Source: an uncultured Oscillospiraceae bacterium (GTDB taxonomy: Bacteria > Bacillota > Clostridia > Oscillospirales > Ruminococcaceae). Taken from it: DNA of 64,000 nucleotides. The notes below the pieces were generated by a model that was not told where the DNA came from, searched no databases, and saw only the letters and a list, made by a program, of their open reading frames with translations. Positions 27,929 through 37,676 of the stretch are shown here, piece after piece; the stretch's first letter is position 1; the number at the start of each line of letters is the position of its first letter. The stretch covers positions 9,639-73,638 of the forward strand of contig UQBC01000004.1 in assembly GCA_900539195.1 (NCBI GenBank), read 5' to 3'. A program made the translations under genes and the position numbers.

Positions 27929-28159
27929 TTAATTTGTCACATTTCTTGTGACAGCTCTGACATTTCCTTTGTCCCTTAAGTCCCTGCCTTCATTGGCGGT
28001 CATGAACTTTTCAAGCATATCCGTTTTGATAAGGACTTTCCGTCCTACCTTCAATACCGGAAGCTTTTTCCATTCTACCAGTTTCCGCAGGGTATTTCTG
28101 CCGATACCCGTATAGTCGGCAGCTTCCTCAATGGACAGTGCAATCTTCACTTCTGTCAT
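27929..28159 (-). CDS. excisionase-family DNA-binding protein (HTH_17)
   Basis: LSIEEAADYTGIGRNTLRKLV...KVGRKVLIKTDMLEKF. Confidence 0.65.
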   Translation of the reverse strand: MTEVKIALSIEEAADYTGIGRNTLRKLVEWKKLPVLKVGRKVLIKTDMLEKFMTANEGRDLRDKGNVRAVTRNVTN

Positions 28160-28334
28160 TAAAACACCTCCTCTTGAATTGCATAATGCAATTTTGTAAC
28201 TATGCCTACTATATAACTTTTATATCTTCTTGTCAAGCGTTACGAAATTTTAAAAGTAATTATTAACTTGCATATTGCAATGCTACTTTTACTGTGTTAT
28301 ACTTTAGCCATACCGAAAAAGGAGGCGTATCAGA

Positions 28335-28955
28335 ATGAAAGATAAAGAATTACGCAAGTTAATCGGTAGCAGGGCAAAACAACGCAGACTGGAATTAGGT
28401 GTCAACCAGCCTTATATAGCAGAAAAGATGGGAGTTACCGCTTCCACCATACAGCGGTATGAGGCAGGAACGATTGACAACACCAAGAAGCTTGTTCTGG
28501 ATGGTCTGTCGGAAGCACTTCATGTATCAGTGGAGTGGTTGAAGGGCGAGACGGAAGAAATGACAAGTGATGTTACGGATAAAAGGGAATTACAGATTCG
28601 TGATACCATGACTTCCATTCTCTCCAAACTTCCTTATGATATGAAGGCAGACGAAGCGGATTTTTCCAAAGATTTACTGCTGCTGATGTTGAAGGAATAC
28701 GAATTATTCGTTGATTCCTTTCAATATGCCTGTAAGAATTTTAAAGGGAATACGGAAGATGCCACAATCGCAAAAGTAATGGGGTTTGAATCCAATCAGG
28801 AATATAATGAGATTATGTTCCTTAGGGAAATCACCCATACGGTAAATGCACTGAACGACATGGGCGACATTGTAAGGCTCTATTCCAAGAATCCCGAAAC
28901 GGCAGCCGTAAGGCTTGCAAATCTTCTTTCAGAGAAAGACTCCGAACCGGTATAG
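28335..28955 (+). CDS. XRE-family HTH regulator with C-terminal extension
   Basis: HTH_3 QPYIAEKMGVTASTIQRYEAG. Confidence 0.7.
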   Translation: MKDKELRKLIGSRAKQRRLELGVNQPYIAEKMGVTASTIQRYEAGTIDNTKKLVLDGLSEALHVSVEWLKGETEEMTSDVTDKRELQIRDTMTSILSKLPYDMKADEADFSKDLLLLMLKEYELFVDSFQYACKNFKGNTEDATIAKVMGFESNQEYNEIMFLREITHTVNALNDMGDIVRLYSKNPETAAVRLANLLSEKDSEPV

Positions 28956-29038
28956 ATAGACAACCGGAGTTATGATATACTTACACGCAGAAAGCATTTC
29001 ATCAGTTCCGATTGTCGATATCGAAAGGAGAAACGATT

Positions 29039-30337
29039 ATGGCAAAAGGTTCTGTAAGAAAGAAAGGCAAGAAATGGTACTACCGCTTCTATGTGGAAGA
29101 TGCAAGCGGTAACCTGGTACAGAAGGAATTTGCTGGTACGGAAAGCAAAAGCGAAACGGAAAAGCTGTTAAGGCAGGCAATGGAGGATTATGAAGCCAAG
29201 CGGTTTGTTGCAAAGGCTGACAACATTACTCTCGGAGAGCTGCTTGACCTGTGGGCTGAGGAAGAATTAAAGACAGGCACATTAAGTAATGGAACGGTCG
29301 GTAATTATCTTCAGGCTATTGGAAGAATCAAACAGCACCCCATTAGTAAAAGGAAGCTGAAAACAGTGACTTCAGTACACCTGCAGGAGTTTATGGATTT
29401 GCTGTCATTTGGTGGTACTGTCGGAGATTTTATTTCCAAAGGCTATTCCATTGATTATGTAAGGTCGTTTTCAGCAGTATTGCAACAGTCATTCCGGTTT
29501 GCGGTATTTCCGAAACAGTTTATTACCTTCAATCCAATGCAGTATGTGGTGATGAGGCATAAAAAGGAAGAAACGGATTTGTTTGCGGATGAAACAGCCA
29601 CAGACAGAGATAAGGTTAAACCGCTTTCCTTTGAAATGTACCGGAAACTGATTGAACAGCTTGGAAAACGAAGCGGGGATGCGATTCTTCCGGTTCAGAT
29701 AGCATACTTTACAGGTCTCAGACTTGGAGAGGTAGCAGGTCTGACATGGCAGGATATCAACCTTGAAGAACAGTATCTCACTGTACGCAGGAGCATCCGC
29801 TACAATGGGGCTACCCATAAGCACGAAATCGGTCCGACAAAGTGGAAAAAGATCAGGGTTGTTGACTTTGGCGATACTCTCGCAGATATTTTGAGGAATG
29901 CAAAAAAGGAACAGCACAAAAACCGTTTTCAGTATGGGGAACTCTACCAGCGGAATTTTTACAGAGAAGTAATGGAAAAGAATCGGGTGCATTACGAGTA
30001 TTATCATTTGGGAATGACAGAGAATGTGCCGGAAGATTACACCGAAATCTTCTTTGTATGCTTAAGGGAGGATGGCTGTCTGGAACTTCCGGCAACCATA
30101 GAAACAGCCTGCCGGACAGCAGGAAGAAAAGTACCGGAACTTGAAGGCTTCCATTTCCACACACTGAGGCATACCTACACGACTAACCTCTTATCCAACG
30201 GGGCACAACCGAAAGATGTGCAGGAACTGTTAGGCCACTCAGACGTGAGTACCACCATGAATGTCTATGCCCATGCTACAAGGGAAGCAAAGCGGACTTC
30301 CGCAAGACTTCTTGATAAAGTGGCAGGCAACGATTAA
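29039..30337 (+). CDS. int: tyrosine site-specific integrase (phage integrase family)
   Basis: C-terminal HTLRHT...LLGH...Y motifs; ATG 29039 after AGGAG (track start 29012). Confidence 0.85.
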   Translation: MAKGSVRKKGKKWYYRFYVEDASGNLVQKEFAGTESKSETEKLLRQAMEDYEAKRFVAKADNITLGELLDLWAEEELKTGTLSNGTVGNYLQAIGRIKQHPISKRKLKTVTSVHLQEFMDLLSFGGTVGDFISKGYSIDYVRSFSAVLQQSFRFAVFPKQFITFNPMQYVVMRHKKEETDLFADETATDRDKVKPLSFEMYRKLIEQLGKRSGDAILPVQIAYFTGLRLGEVAGLTWQDINLEEQYLTVRRSIRYNGATHKHEIGPTKWKKIRVVDFGDTLADILRNAKKEQHKNRFQYGELYQRNFYREVMEKNRVHYEYYHLGMTENVPEDYTEIFFVCLREDGCLELPATIETACRTAGRKVPELEGFHFHTLRHTYTTNLLSNGAQPKDVQELLGHSDVSTTMNVYAHATREAKRTSARLLDKVAGND

Positions 30338-30580
30338 ACAACTGAATAATGAATTTTCCCTTGTAATTATCCCATAAGGGCAAAAACAAGGGAAAAGGAT
30401 ACATATATAGAATTTTCAATGGCGGGAAGCCTTGAAAATACGGGAAAGTTAAGAGAGTTAATAGATAAATTCCAGTTTGTAGGGATGACATGAAAAATGA
30501 AGTTTAAGGAACAGAGCTTTACCCTGTTTACCTATACAAATTATAGGACAATTCAAGGTTATCACAGGCTCGAACCACTG

Positions 30581-30661
30581 GATTTTAAGGGAAAAGGTGC
30601 GTTCCACCATTTCCTTGTACAATAGGGGGTGAGTATGTTTTTCGTTGAACAACCGAGCCAT
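30581..30661. repeat. 81-bp direct repeat, copy A (~105 bp upstream of CAAX protease gene)
   Basis: ~93% identical to 31655-31736. Confidence 0.6.
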
Positions 30662-30769
30662 ATAGAAACTGTCGCATTATTGGCTAAAATATAGAATAAT
30701 ATAATTAATTTAGTTAGAAAGTAGTGCAATGAATAACATGAAATATATTCAGATTTTGGAGACGGAACG

Positions 30770-31540
30770 ATGAAAAAAAGAAGTACAACCGTAGTGATAG
30801 TTACATTAACACTAATAATGACATTTATGGAAATGACCGCTTTGCCATCAGTGTTATTTTGCAATGTAAAAATTAAGGACATAAACCCGATTTATATTAC
30901 ATTGATGTTGAATTTTTTATTGGCTTTCGCAATTTGTTGGATATGCAAAAAGATTTTTATAAAAGATTGGGAGTTTGGTTTAAAGTTTAAAGGAGTTTTA
31001 TCGGGACTAAAAAAATATGGATTACCTGCGGTAATTGCGACTGCATTAGTTACAATTGCTTTCTGTATCGGATTGACACCATTCGATAACAAGCCAACAA
31101 TATGGAGAGTTATTGTTGAAGGCATTGTATATTACATAGGTGTTGGCATTATGGAAGAACTGTATTTGAGAGGTTTATTGCAGAATATTATTAAAATATG
31201 GTTTGGAAAGAGAAAAAATGCAACATTATATGCAATTTTAATTTCCTCTGTATTATTTGGTTTAGGACATATTTTTGGAGCTTTGGGACAGCCAATTGTG
31301 ACAATAATAGCCAAAACAGTTTGGGCAACTGCACTTGGCATTTATTTCGGGGCAGTTTATGCTGTAAGTAAAAACCTTTGGGTTTCAATTATACTACATT
31401 TAATAATAAATCTATGTGGTATTCCGTTTTGCTTTTCAACAAGTAATCAGTACCCGACAATAGCTTTGATAACTTGTCTTGTGTCTTACATTTTACTTGC
31501 AATTTACGGTACATATATTGCAATAAAAAATAATGTGTAG
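30770..31540 (+). CDS. CPBP-family (CAAX) intramembrane metalloprotease
   Basis: EELYLRGLLQ (EExxxR) and FGLGH motifs; AT-rich gene. Confidence 0.7.
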   Translation: MKKRSTTVVIVTLTLIMTFMEMTALPSVLFCNVKIKDINPIYITLMLNFLLAFAICWICKKIFIKDWEFGLKFKGVLSGLKKYGLPAVIATALVTIAFCIGLTPFDNKPTIWRVIVEGIVYYIGVGIMEELYLRGLLQNIIKIWFGKRKNATLYAILISSVLFGLGHIFGALGQPIVTIIAKTVWATALGIYFGAVYAVSKNLWVSIILHLIINLCGIPFCFSTSNQYPTIALITCLVSYILLAIYGTYIAIKNNV

Positions 31541-31654
31541 TATTAATACTTGAAACTTTCAGTTTGCAAAAATGAAAGCAGAGATTTTAATTGCAGTAAA
31601 TTTGCCTATACAAACAATAAGGCATATCAAACTTGTAACTGGCTTGATGCCCCA

Positions 31655-31736
31655 GATTTTAAGAAGAAAGGTGCGTTCCACCATTCCCTTGTACAATAGG
31701 GGGGTGGGTATGTTTTTCGTTGAACAACCGAGGCAT
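31655..31736. repeat. 81-bp direct repeat, copy B (~90 bp upstream of metallophosphoesterase gene)
   Basis: matches 30581-30661. Confidence 0.6.
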
Positions 31737-31821
31737 GTTGAGTATGGGGTTTCGATGCCGAGAAAAGCGCAGTAAATCGGGGTATGTGGCTTAACGGTGC
31801 GGTTTGTGAAAGGAGTTTACA

Positions 31822-32514
31822 ATGATAATTTACTGTATGAGTGATATCCACGGTTGCCTTGCGGAATTTGAGAACGCACTTTCACTTGTTCTCGATAATA
31901 TAGAACAGGGCAAGGCGAAGCTCGTTCTTCTCGGCGATTATATCCACGGCGGTCCGGATAACCGTGGTGTTCTGGACAGGATAATGAAGCTCCGGGAACG
32001 TTTCGGTTCGGACAGAATTATTGCTCTGCTCGGCAACCACGATGAATGGGTAGTCAACGGATCATCAACCATAAGCAACAATTCTGTATATGCCCGTATA
32101 GAAGAGTGGGAGGATGAGAGCGATGATGACGAGTATATCAACTGGCTTTCTTCCCTTCCGCTGTATTATGTGGAGGGAAACACGATTTTCGTTCACGCCG
32201 GTATTGATGAAGAAGCGGGTGATATGTGGGAATGGGAAACATCGGAAGATGTATTCACCTCAAAATATCCCGCTGAAACCGGCAAAATCGAGGGGCTTGA
32301 TATGAAAGTAGTCGCAGGTCATGTCGGCACCGCCGAAATATCCGGCGACAAGTTCTTCCACGACATTTATTTCGACGGAGAATCTCACTATTACGTAGAC
32401 GGCACTGTTCTCGACAGCGGAGTTATTCCGGTACTTATGGTAGATACGGAAAATGATAAGTATTATCAGGTGACAGACTCGGGTAAACGGCTGATTGAAC
32501 CTTACGAAGAATAA
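31822..32514 (+). CDS. metallophosphoesterase (calcineurin-like Ser/Thr phosphatase/ApaH-like)
   Basis: DIHG, GDYIHGGPDNRG, GNHDEW motifs. Confidence 0.7.
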   Translation: MIIYCMSDIHGCLAEFENALSLVLDNIEQGKAKLVLLGDYIHGGPDNRGVLDRIMKLRERFGSDRIIALLGNHDEWVVNGSSTISNNSVYARIEEWEDESDDDEYINWLSSLPLYYVEGNTIFVHAGIDEEAGDMWEWETSEDVFTSKYPAETGKIEGLDMKVVAGHVGTAEISGDKFFHDIYFDGESHYYVDGTVLDSGVIPVLMVDTENDKYYQVTDSGKRLIEPYEE

Positions 32515-32815
32515 GGCTTAAGGAACGATCAAATAAAAGGGCAAGGGGCGGATATGCGGAAGTGGTGTGACTGTGGGCGGGAGATATATATTCAAAACGT
32601 CATATTACAAATGAAAATGAAGCAGCAAAAATGTATGCAATTATAAAGCAGGCAAACGGACAATCATATACGTGAATGGTTTTCGGATATTATTGCCCGG
32701 TACAATCTCAAGATGGTTATGATCGCTATCTTGAAAGTATTCACAATCAGTTTTATATCACGATGCTTAACAAATGTAATCCTACAGACTGAACAGGCGG
32801 AACACTTCGATAATA

Positions 32816-32844
32816 TTGCAATCGGTCACAAAATGTGGTATACT
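32816..32844 (+). promoter_or_regulatory. sigma70 promoter TTGCAA-17-(TG)TATACT
   Basis: read directly upstream of LytTR gene. Confidence 0.4.
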
Positions 32845-32883
32845 ATCGTGTAATAAACAGAAATATGTAAAAGAGGCTTCACC

Positions 32884-33690
32884 TTGACTAATTTCAATAA
32901 ATCAGAGTATATCACAATAATAAGTGAGCGGCGGAAAGTGGTGATTTCCGTCGGCTCTATACTATATATAGTAATGGAAGGCAAATCAGCCGAGATACAC
33001 CTGTCGGACGGAAAGATACATAAAACAAGAATGACCTTTGCAACTCTTGAAGAGATGCTGGGTGACGGTTTTATCAAGGCACACAGAGGATGTATCGTAT
33101 CCGCTATGGCTATTCACGAAATATCCGATATGATAGACCTTGTAAACGGCGAAAAGCTCGAATATGCACGCCGCAGGAAGAATGCCATAATCGAAAGCCT
33201 GCAGACGAGCAGAAAAAGGATAATAAAAGGCTTTGATCATGACGGTGTGCCGGATACCGAAGAGCAGTATCACGACTATTATCGCTCCTTTGATGCTATG
33301 CCGTTTGCGTTTACCGATATTGAGATGATATTCAACGATGAGTGTAAAGCGGTCGACTGGATATTCCGCTATGCAAACGAAGCGCTTGCAAGGCTGGAAA
33401 AGCTCCCGCTCGAAAAGCTGATCAGTCGATCATTCGGTACACTGTTCAGCAATATGGACGCTAAGTGGCTGAAAGGATATGAGCGTGCCACGCTTTACGG
33501 CGAAACGCTCGAGCTTATGGACTACAGCCCCGAGATAGATACGCATCTTAAGGTAATATGCTTTCCTACCTTCAAGGGACATTGCGGATGTATCCTGTTT
33601 GACGTTGATAAGATATGGTTTGAACAGCACAGCGATGATTCCGTAAAGACATTGGCAAGATATTACGCAAAGCTACCGAATAACAAGTAA
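32884..33690 (+). CDS. LytTR-family DNA-binding protein (no receiver domain), TTG start
   Basis: N-terminal LytTR pattern ...ILYIVMEGKSAEIHL...ATLEEML...FIKAHRGCIVS; C-terminal 150 aa unassigned. Confidence 0.55.
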   Translation: MTNFNKSEYITIISERRKVVISVGSILYIVMEGKSAEIHLSDGKIHKTRMTFATLEEMLGDGFIKAHRGCIVSAMAIHEISDMIDLVNGEKLEYARRRKNAIIESLQTSRKRIIKGFDHDGVPDTEEQYHDYYRSFDAMPFAFTDIEMIFNDECKAVDWIFRYANEALARLEKLPLEKLISRSFGTLFSNMDAKWLKGYERATLYGETLELMDYSPEIDTHLKVICFPTFKGHCGCILFDVDKIWFEQHSDDSVKTLARYYAKLPNNK

Positions 33691-33703
33691 AATAGCCGGA
33701 TCT

Positions 33704-33725
33704 ATGCCGCCCGTCAGGGCGGCAT
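33704..33725. terminator. bidirectional terminator hairpin
   Basis: ATGCCGCCC-GTCA-GGGCGGCAT between convergent genes. Confidence 0.45.
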
Positions 33726-33781
33726 TTCAGCTTGTAGAAAAAGTATGTTTGGTTACAAAATGAAGCGCTGCACAGTTCAGT

Positions 33782-35287
33782 TTATATCTCCCCGAACTCC
33801 TCTAGCCTCTGCATAATTTCCTTGCTTCTGTCATTAAACAACAGAGCCTTGTTATGCTCGTAATACTCCTTACAGCCAAACTCGGAAATAAATCTCGCCG
33901 TGTGGCTGTTTGCAGTAAGCTCAGTTACAAGTATCAGCATTTCCTGTCCGTCGGTGTACACGTCATTGCAGAAAATAAATGCGTTTGACATCTTATCCTG
34001 TGCCGTTTTTGCCGAAATTTTAAGCTCAGACACAAGACTGTCATATCTGTTTCTGATATCTGCAAACGCCGTTTTTCCGTCCTTGCCGACTGTGAGCGCA
34101 GTCATATTCTCAAGCTGTGATATTGCTCTTGCAAGTGTTTTCTGACGTGATACGGAAATGCTTGACGACTGCTTGCCGTTTTCAAGCTCCTTTTTCTTTA
34201 CCGCTATAAGCTCATTCATCAGCTTTTCTGCGGAAATATCGCTGTCATGCGTTCTCAGTTTGAATTCTTTCAGCGTTACAAGCGTTTCACGGAGCATATC
34301 CTCGCCGTCCGTGACCTGCTTTGCCGATGCCGTAACACTGTCAAGGATAAGTCCGAGCAGGGATAAACGCTCGTCAAACTTTGCGTTTTTAGCCCTGTCT
34401 TTTATGCTGTCACTTGCATTGCCGCTGAGTATCTCGTCTATCTGATAGTCGCTCCTGTACTTATTGAACAGGTCGTAATATGCCGCAAAGCTTCTCGCTG
34501 TCCTGTCGTGCTGTATGTACTGACGAATAAGCTTTATGTCGACCTTAATATTATTCTTCTCGTACAGGGTTATCATCTGCGATAGGTCTTCCCAGCCTCT
34601 CGCCGTAACGAACGATTTTCCGTCAACCGTACTTTCTATGCGGTAAAAATCCGCTTTCTTAATTTCAAGATAGGTAAGCACAGAGGCATGAACGCCTGCC
34701 CTGTAAGCATACTCTTTCCACGCCGTAAAATCAGGCTCGATGTCAATTCTTTTCAGCCTGTCCCACGTTACAATGTCAAACTCACGGACGGAATTATTGT
34801 ATTCGGGCGGATTTCCCGCAGTGACTATTATCCAGCCGTCAGGCACTCTGTGTCTGCCGAACACCTTGTATTGCAGGAACTGGAGCATAATCGGAGCAAG
34901 CGTTTCGGACACGCAGTTTATCTCATCGAGGAACAATATGCCCTCTTTTACACCTGTGTTTTCCATAAGGTCATACACTGCCGAAATGATCTCCGACATA
35001 GTGTACTCCGACACATCATATTCCTTACCGCCGTAATTCTTGTGTACAATGAACGGCAGTCCCAGTGCGGATTGCCTTGTGTGGTGCGTCATAGAGTACG
35101 ATAACAGACCTACTCCCATTTCCGACGCTACCTGCTCCATTATCGCAGTCTTGCCTATTCCGGGAGGTCCCATCAGAAATACAGGGCGTTGTTTTTCAAC
35201 AGGAATCGCATAGTCGCCAGTTTCGTCCTTTGTGAAATATGCCGTCATGGCATTTTTTATCTGTTCTTTTGCTTCTTTGATATTCAT
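33782..35287 (-). CDS. MoxR-like AAA+ ATPase (AAA_5) with long C-terminal extension
   Basis: Walker A GPPGIGKT, Walker B FLDEIN; 501 aa. Confidence 0.7.
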   Translation of the reverse strand: MNIKEAKEQIKNAMTAYFTKDETGDYAIPVEKQRPVFLMGPPGIGKTAIMEQVASEMGVGLLSYSMTHHTRQSALGLPFIVHKNYGGKEYDVSEYTMSEIISAVYDLMENTGVKEGILFLDEINCVSETLAPIMLQFLQYKVFGRHRVPDGWIIVTAGNPPEYNNSVREFDIVTWDRLKRIDIEPDFTAWKEYAYRAGVHASVLTYLEIKKADFYRIESTVDGKSFVTARGWEDLSQMITLYEKNNIKVDIKLIRQYIQHDRTARSFAAYYDLFNKYRSDYQIDEILSGNASDSIKDRAKNAKFDERLSLLGLILDSVTASAKQVTDGEDMLRETLVTLKEFKLRTHDSDISAEKLMNELIAVKKKELENGKQSSSISVSRQKTLARAISQLENMTALTVGKDGKTAFADIRNRYDSLVSELKISAKTAQDKMSNAFIFCNDVYTDGQEMLILVTELTANSHTARFISEFGCKEYYEHNKALLFNDRSKEIMQRLEEFGEI

Positions 35288-35298
35288 ATTCTGCTCCT

Positions 35299-36726
35299 TT
35301 AGATTTCATCCGACGGAAGAACAAGCTTTATCGCCCACGGCGGAACTACGGGATTGTTGTACTCATCGTCTATGAATACAAATGCCGTTTCATACGGCGG
35401 TTTTCTTTCGGGAAAATCCCCGTATCCGTCTGTAAGATATATAAGCCCCTTGAGATTTGTAAACTCTTTGCTTTGTATCAGCTTATCAACATAAGCGAAT
35501 ACCGGGCGGAAATCAGTACCGCCGAATCCGTGCAGTTTCATTGCAGCAAGATAATCGTCAAACTCTTCCTGCGAGGTTATCTTTCTGTCCTCCTGTATGT
35601 CCGTGTCGCACTGAATAACATGAAGATTTATCTTTGTGAAAAAGCTTTCCTCGTTTTTGAGGATATTGTACGTCTTCTGAATGAATTTCTGTACAAGCTC
35701 TCCTGATACCGATCCCGATGTATCGATCGCTATAACAAATTCCCTTATCCGCTTTACTTCCTTGAATTCAAGCGGTTCTATAAGCGGCATACGCTCATAT
35801 AGTTTCAGTCCGTAGGTATAGAAGATATAATCAAACTCATCATCGTTTACACGCATGGCTTCTCCCATTACGGAGAACTTTTTAAGAAATTGCGTATAGT
35901 CGTATTTCTCACGGTTGACAGCGTTCAGATTCTGAATGAAGCTGCCCTTTGTGTCGCCTTTTTCCTTTGAAAACGCTTCTATTTCGATCTGCATTTTCTC
36001 CGAAATTTCTTTCCAGTCCTTTTCAAGCTGTGAGGCGGTTTCAGCTGACATCTGCATATCATTTCCCGTTTCATCTTCATTTCCGGGATTTTCTGCGTTA
36101 CCGTTTCTGTTGTTGCCATTGCTGTTATCCGTATCATTACCCGACGGTCCGTTATCAGAATTCATGTCATTACTGTTCCGGCTGTTGCCGTCCTTGCTGT
36201 CCGGATTGCTTTTGATCTGCATTGAAGCTTCTGTTTCAGGCGGCTTTGCATACCAGATTCTGTGGTCGTCTTCCGCAAACAGCTCCGACCAGGCATAGAC
36301 CTGCAAATCGTCAACATTTCTCAGAAGATAATCATATATCTTCTCTGCGGTGACAAACCGGCAATCCGTTTTGATTTTGTCGATAATACTACCCTGTCTG
36401 ACTTGTCGAGGCGAAGAAAGCGCCTTTATATCGAGCTCATTCATGATATTCTCAGCAGCGATATCGCACGCCAGATTCCACCTGAGCGTGTCTACAAGCG
36501 TACCGACAATATTGTGACGGAACACGCAATGAAGCATCATATGAAGATATGCCCGTGTTATGTTATATCCGGATTTATAGCTTTTCAGCACATAGCTTTC
36601 GTCATAGAAAATGTATCTGCCGTCAGTAGCAACAGTTTCGGTTATGATCGAGGTTTTGAGCGGCAGCATATTAATTGCGTTGTCAAGAAATCTGAGATTT
36701 ACGGCAAGCGTATTGCGGGACAGCAT
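35299..36726 (-). CDS. vWA-domain protein with DUF2201-like N-terminus and Asn/Gly-rich linker
   Basis: MIDAS DTSGS (VIAIDTSGSVSG); N-terminal putative metallopeptidase-like region with HMMLH; 11-nt gap to AAA gene. Confidence 0.65.
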   Translation of the reverse strand: MLSRNTLAVNLRFLDNAINMLPLKTSIITETVATDGRYIFYDESYVLKSYKSGYNITRAYLHMMLHCVFRHNIVGTLVDTLRWNLACDIAAENIMNELDIKALSSPRQVRQGSIIDKIKTDCRFVTAEKIYDYLLRNVDDLQVYAWSELFAEDDHRIWYAKPPETEASMQIKSNPDSKDGNSRNSNDMNSDNGPSGNDTDNSNGNNRNGNAENPGNEDETGNDMQMSAETASQLEKDWKEISEKMQIEIEAFSKEKGDTKGSFIQNLNAVNREKYDYTQFLKKFSVMGEAMRVNDDEFDYIFYTYGLKLYERMPLIEPLEFKEVKRIREFVIAIDTSGSVSGELVQKFIQKTYNILKNEESFFTKINLHVIQCDTDIQEDRKITSQEEFDDYLAAMKLHGFGGTDFRPVFAYVDKLIQSKEFTNLKGLIYLTDGYGDFPERKPPYETAFVFIDDEYNNPVVPPWAIKLVLPSDEI

Positions 36727-36816
36727 AAGTATGTCAGTTGCAAGCGCCGAGAGCTTCTCGGCACGCTCCTTTGCCTTTTCATATTCCTTATCCGTAAAAT
36801 CACTTCCTTTGTCGAT

Positions 36817-37617
36817 TCAATAAGTTATCCCGTTGTACCAATCGGTTATTTCATTGCCTGTCTGAGATGAGTAAATATGTATTTTTTCGCAACCGTAAAA
36901 AATTCTCCGTGAAATAAAGGTATTTTCACTTAGCGTCACCTTTTCAAGGGAAGTACAGTTTGCAAATGCGTGTTGCTCTATAACTCGCACCGTATCGGGA
37001 ATAGTCAGCTCCTTCAGCGAGGTACATCCCGCAAAAGCGGCACCGTGTATATTACGAAGATTTCTGCCGAAAATCACATTTTTCAAAGAAGTGCATTTTT
37101 CAAAAGCAGATAAACGTATTTTGATAAGGCTGTCCGGCATGATAACTGTTTCCAGATTTGTGCAGGAATAAAATGTACCGGCAAATATTTCGCTTATACC
37201 ATCAGGCAGTTTCACCGATTTAAGCGTATTACATTCATAAAAAACGCAGGCTGATATTGCACGTATATTGTCAGGTATAATGAGGTTTTCTTCATTTCCG
37301 TTATATTTCATCAGAATACCGCCGACACTGACGAACTCTTCCTTGCGGTTTTCAAGAAATCCTGTACCGTCAAATGCTTTACTGTCGATAAATGTGACGC
37401 TCGACGGTATAACCAGTTCCTCAAGGCTTACACAGTCGCAGAATGTACAGTCAAGTGACTTTACTCCGTTCGGTATGACGATCCGCTTTATTGAACCGCA
37501 CCCCCGAAAGGCATTTTTATCTATCATAAAAATGCCTTTCGGGACAATGATCTCCGTATCATCGGATTCCGGTGTGCATTTCAGCAGATTGAAGTCTTTA
37601 TAATAAAATTTAACCAA
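36817..37617 (-). CDS. BspA-type leucine-rich repeat (LRR_5) protein, cytoplasmic
   Basis: repeats IPDxVxxIxxxAFxxCTSLxxV; no signal peptide. Confidence 0.7.
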   Translation of the reverse strand: MVKFYYKDFNLLKCTPESDDTEIIVPKGIFMIDKNAFRGCGSIKRIVIPNGVKSLDCTFCDCVSLEELVIPSSVTFIDSKAFDGTGFLENRKEEFVSVGGILMKYNGNEENLIIPDNIRAISACVFYECNTLKSVKLPDGISEIFAGTFYSCTNLETVIMPDSLIKIRLSAFEKCTSLKNVIFGRNLRNIHGAAFAGCTSLKELTIPDTVRVIEQHAFANCTSLEKVTLSENTFISRRIFYGCEKIHIYSSQTGNEITDWYNGITY

Positions 37618-37676
37618 AGAAAACTCCTTTCCGAATTATATCACAAACAGCCTCCGATAAAAGTCACATATAAGGC

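Larger units (their letters stand above)
24336..30412. mobile_element. integrative mobilizable element (relaxase + xis + XRE + integrase; ArsR/SdpI-like cargo), bounded by imperfect direct repeats
   Basis: repeat TTTCCCTTGT..TAT.TCC...AAGGGCAAAA.CAAGGGAAA present at ~24345-24415 and ~30355-30405. Confidence 0.5.

Noticed and set aside
30541-30661. Possible tRNA 3' fragment (GGTTCGAGCC-like T-arm) as the integration target next to the IME integrase
   Set aside because: It could not be folded into a T-arm/acceptor cloverleaf (mostly G-U pairs), and there is no CCA-compatible acceptor stem. Treated as a repeat element instead.
34158-36298. Ser/Leu-rich ORFs (e.g. 34158-34445, 35936-36298, 36611-36823) on the + strand
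   Set aside because: These are low-complexity translations antisense to the AAA and vWA genes.
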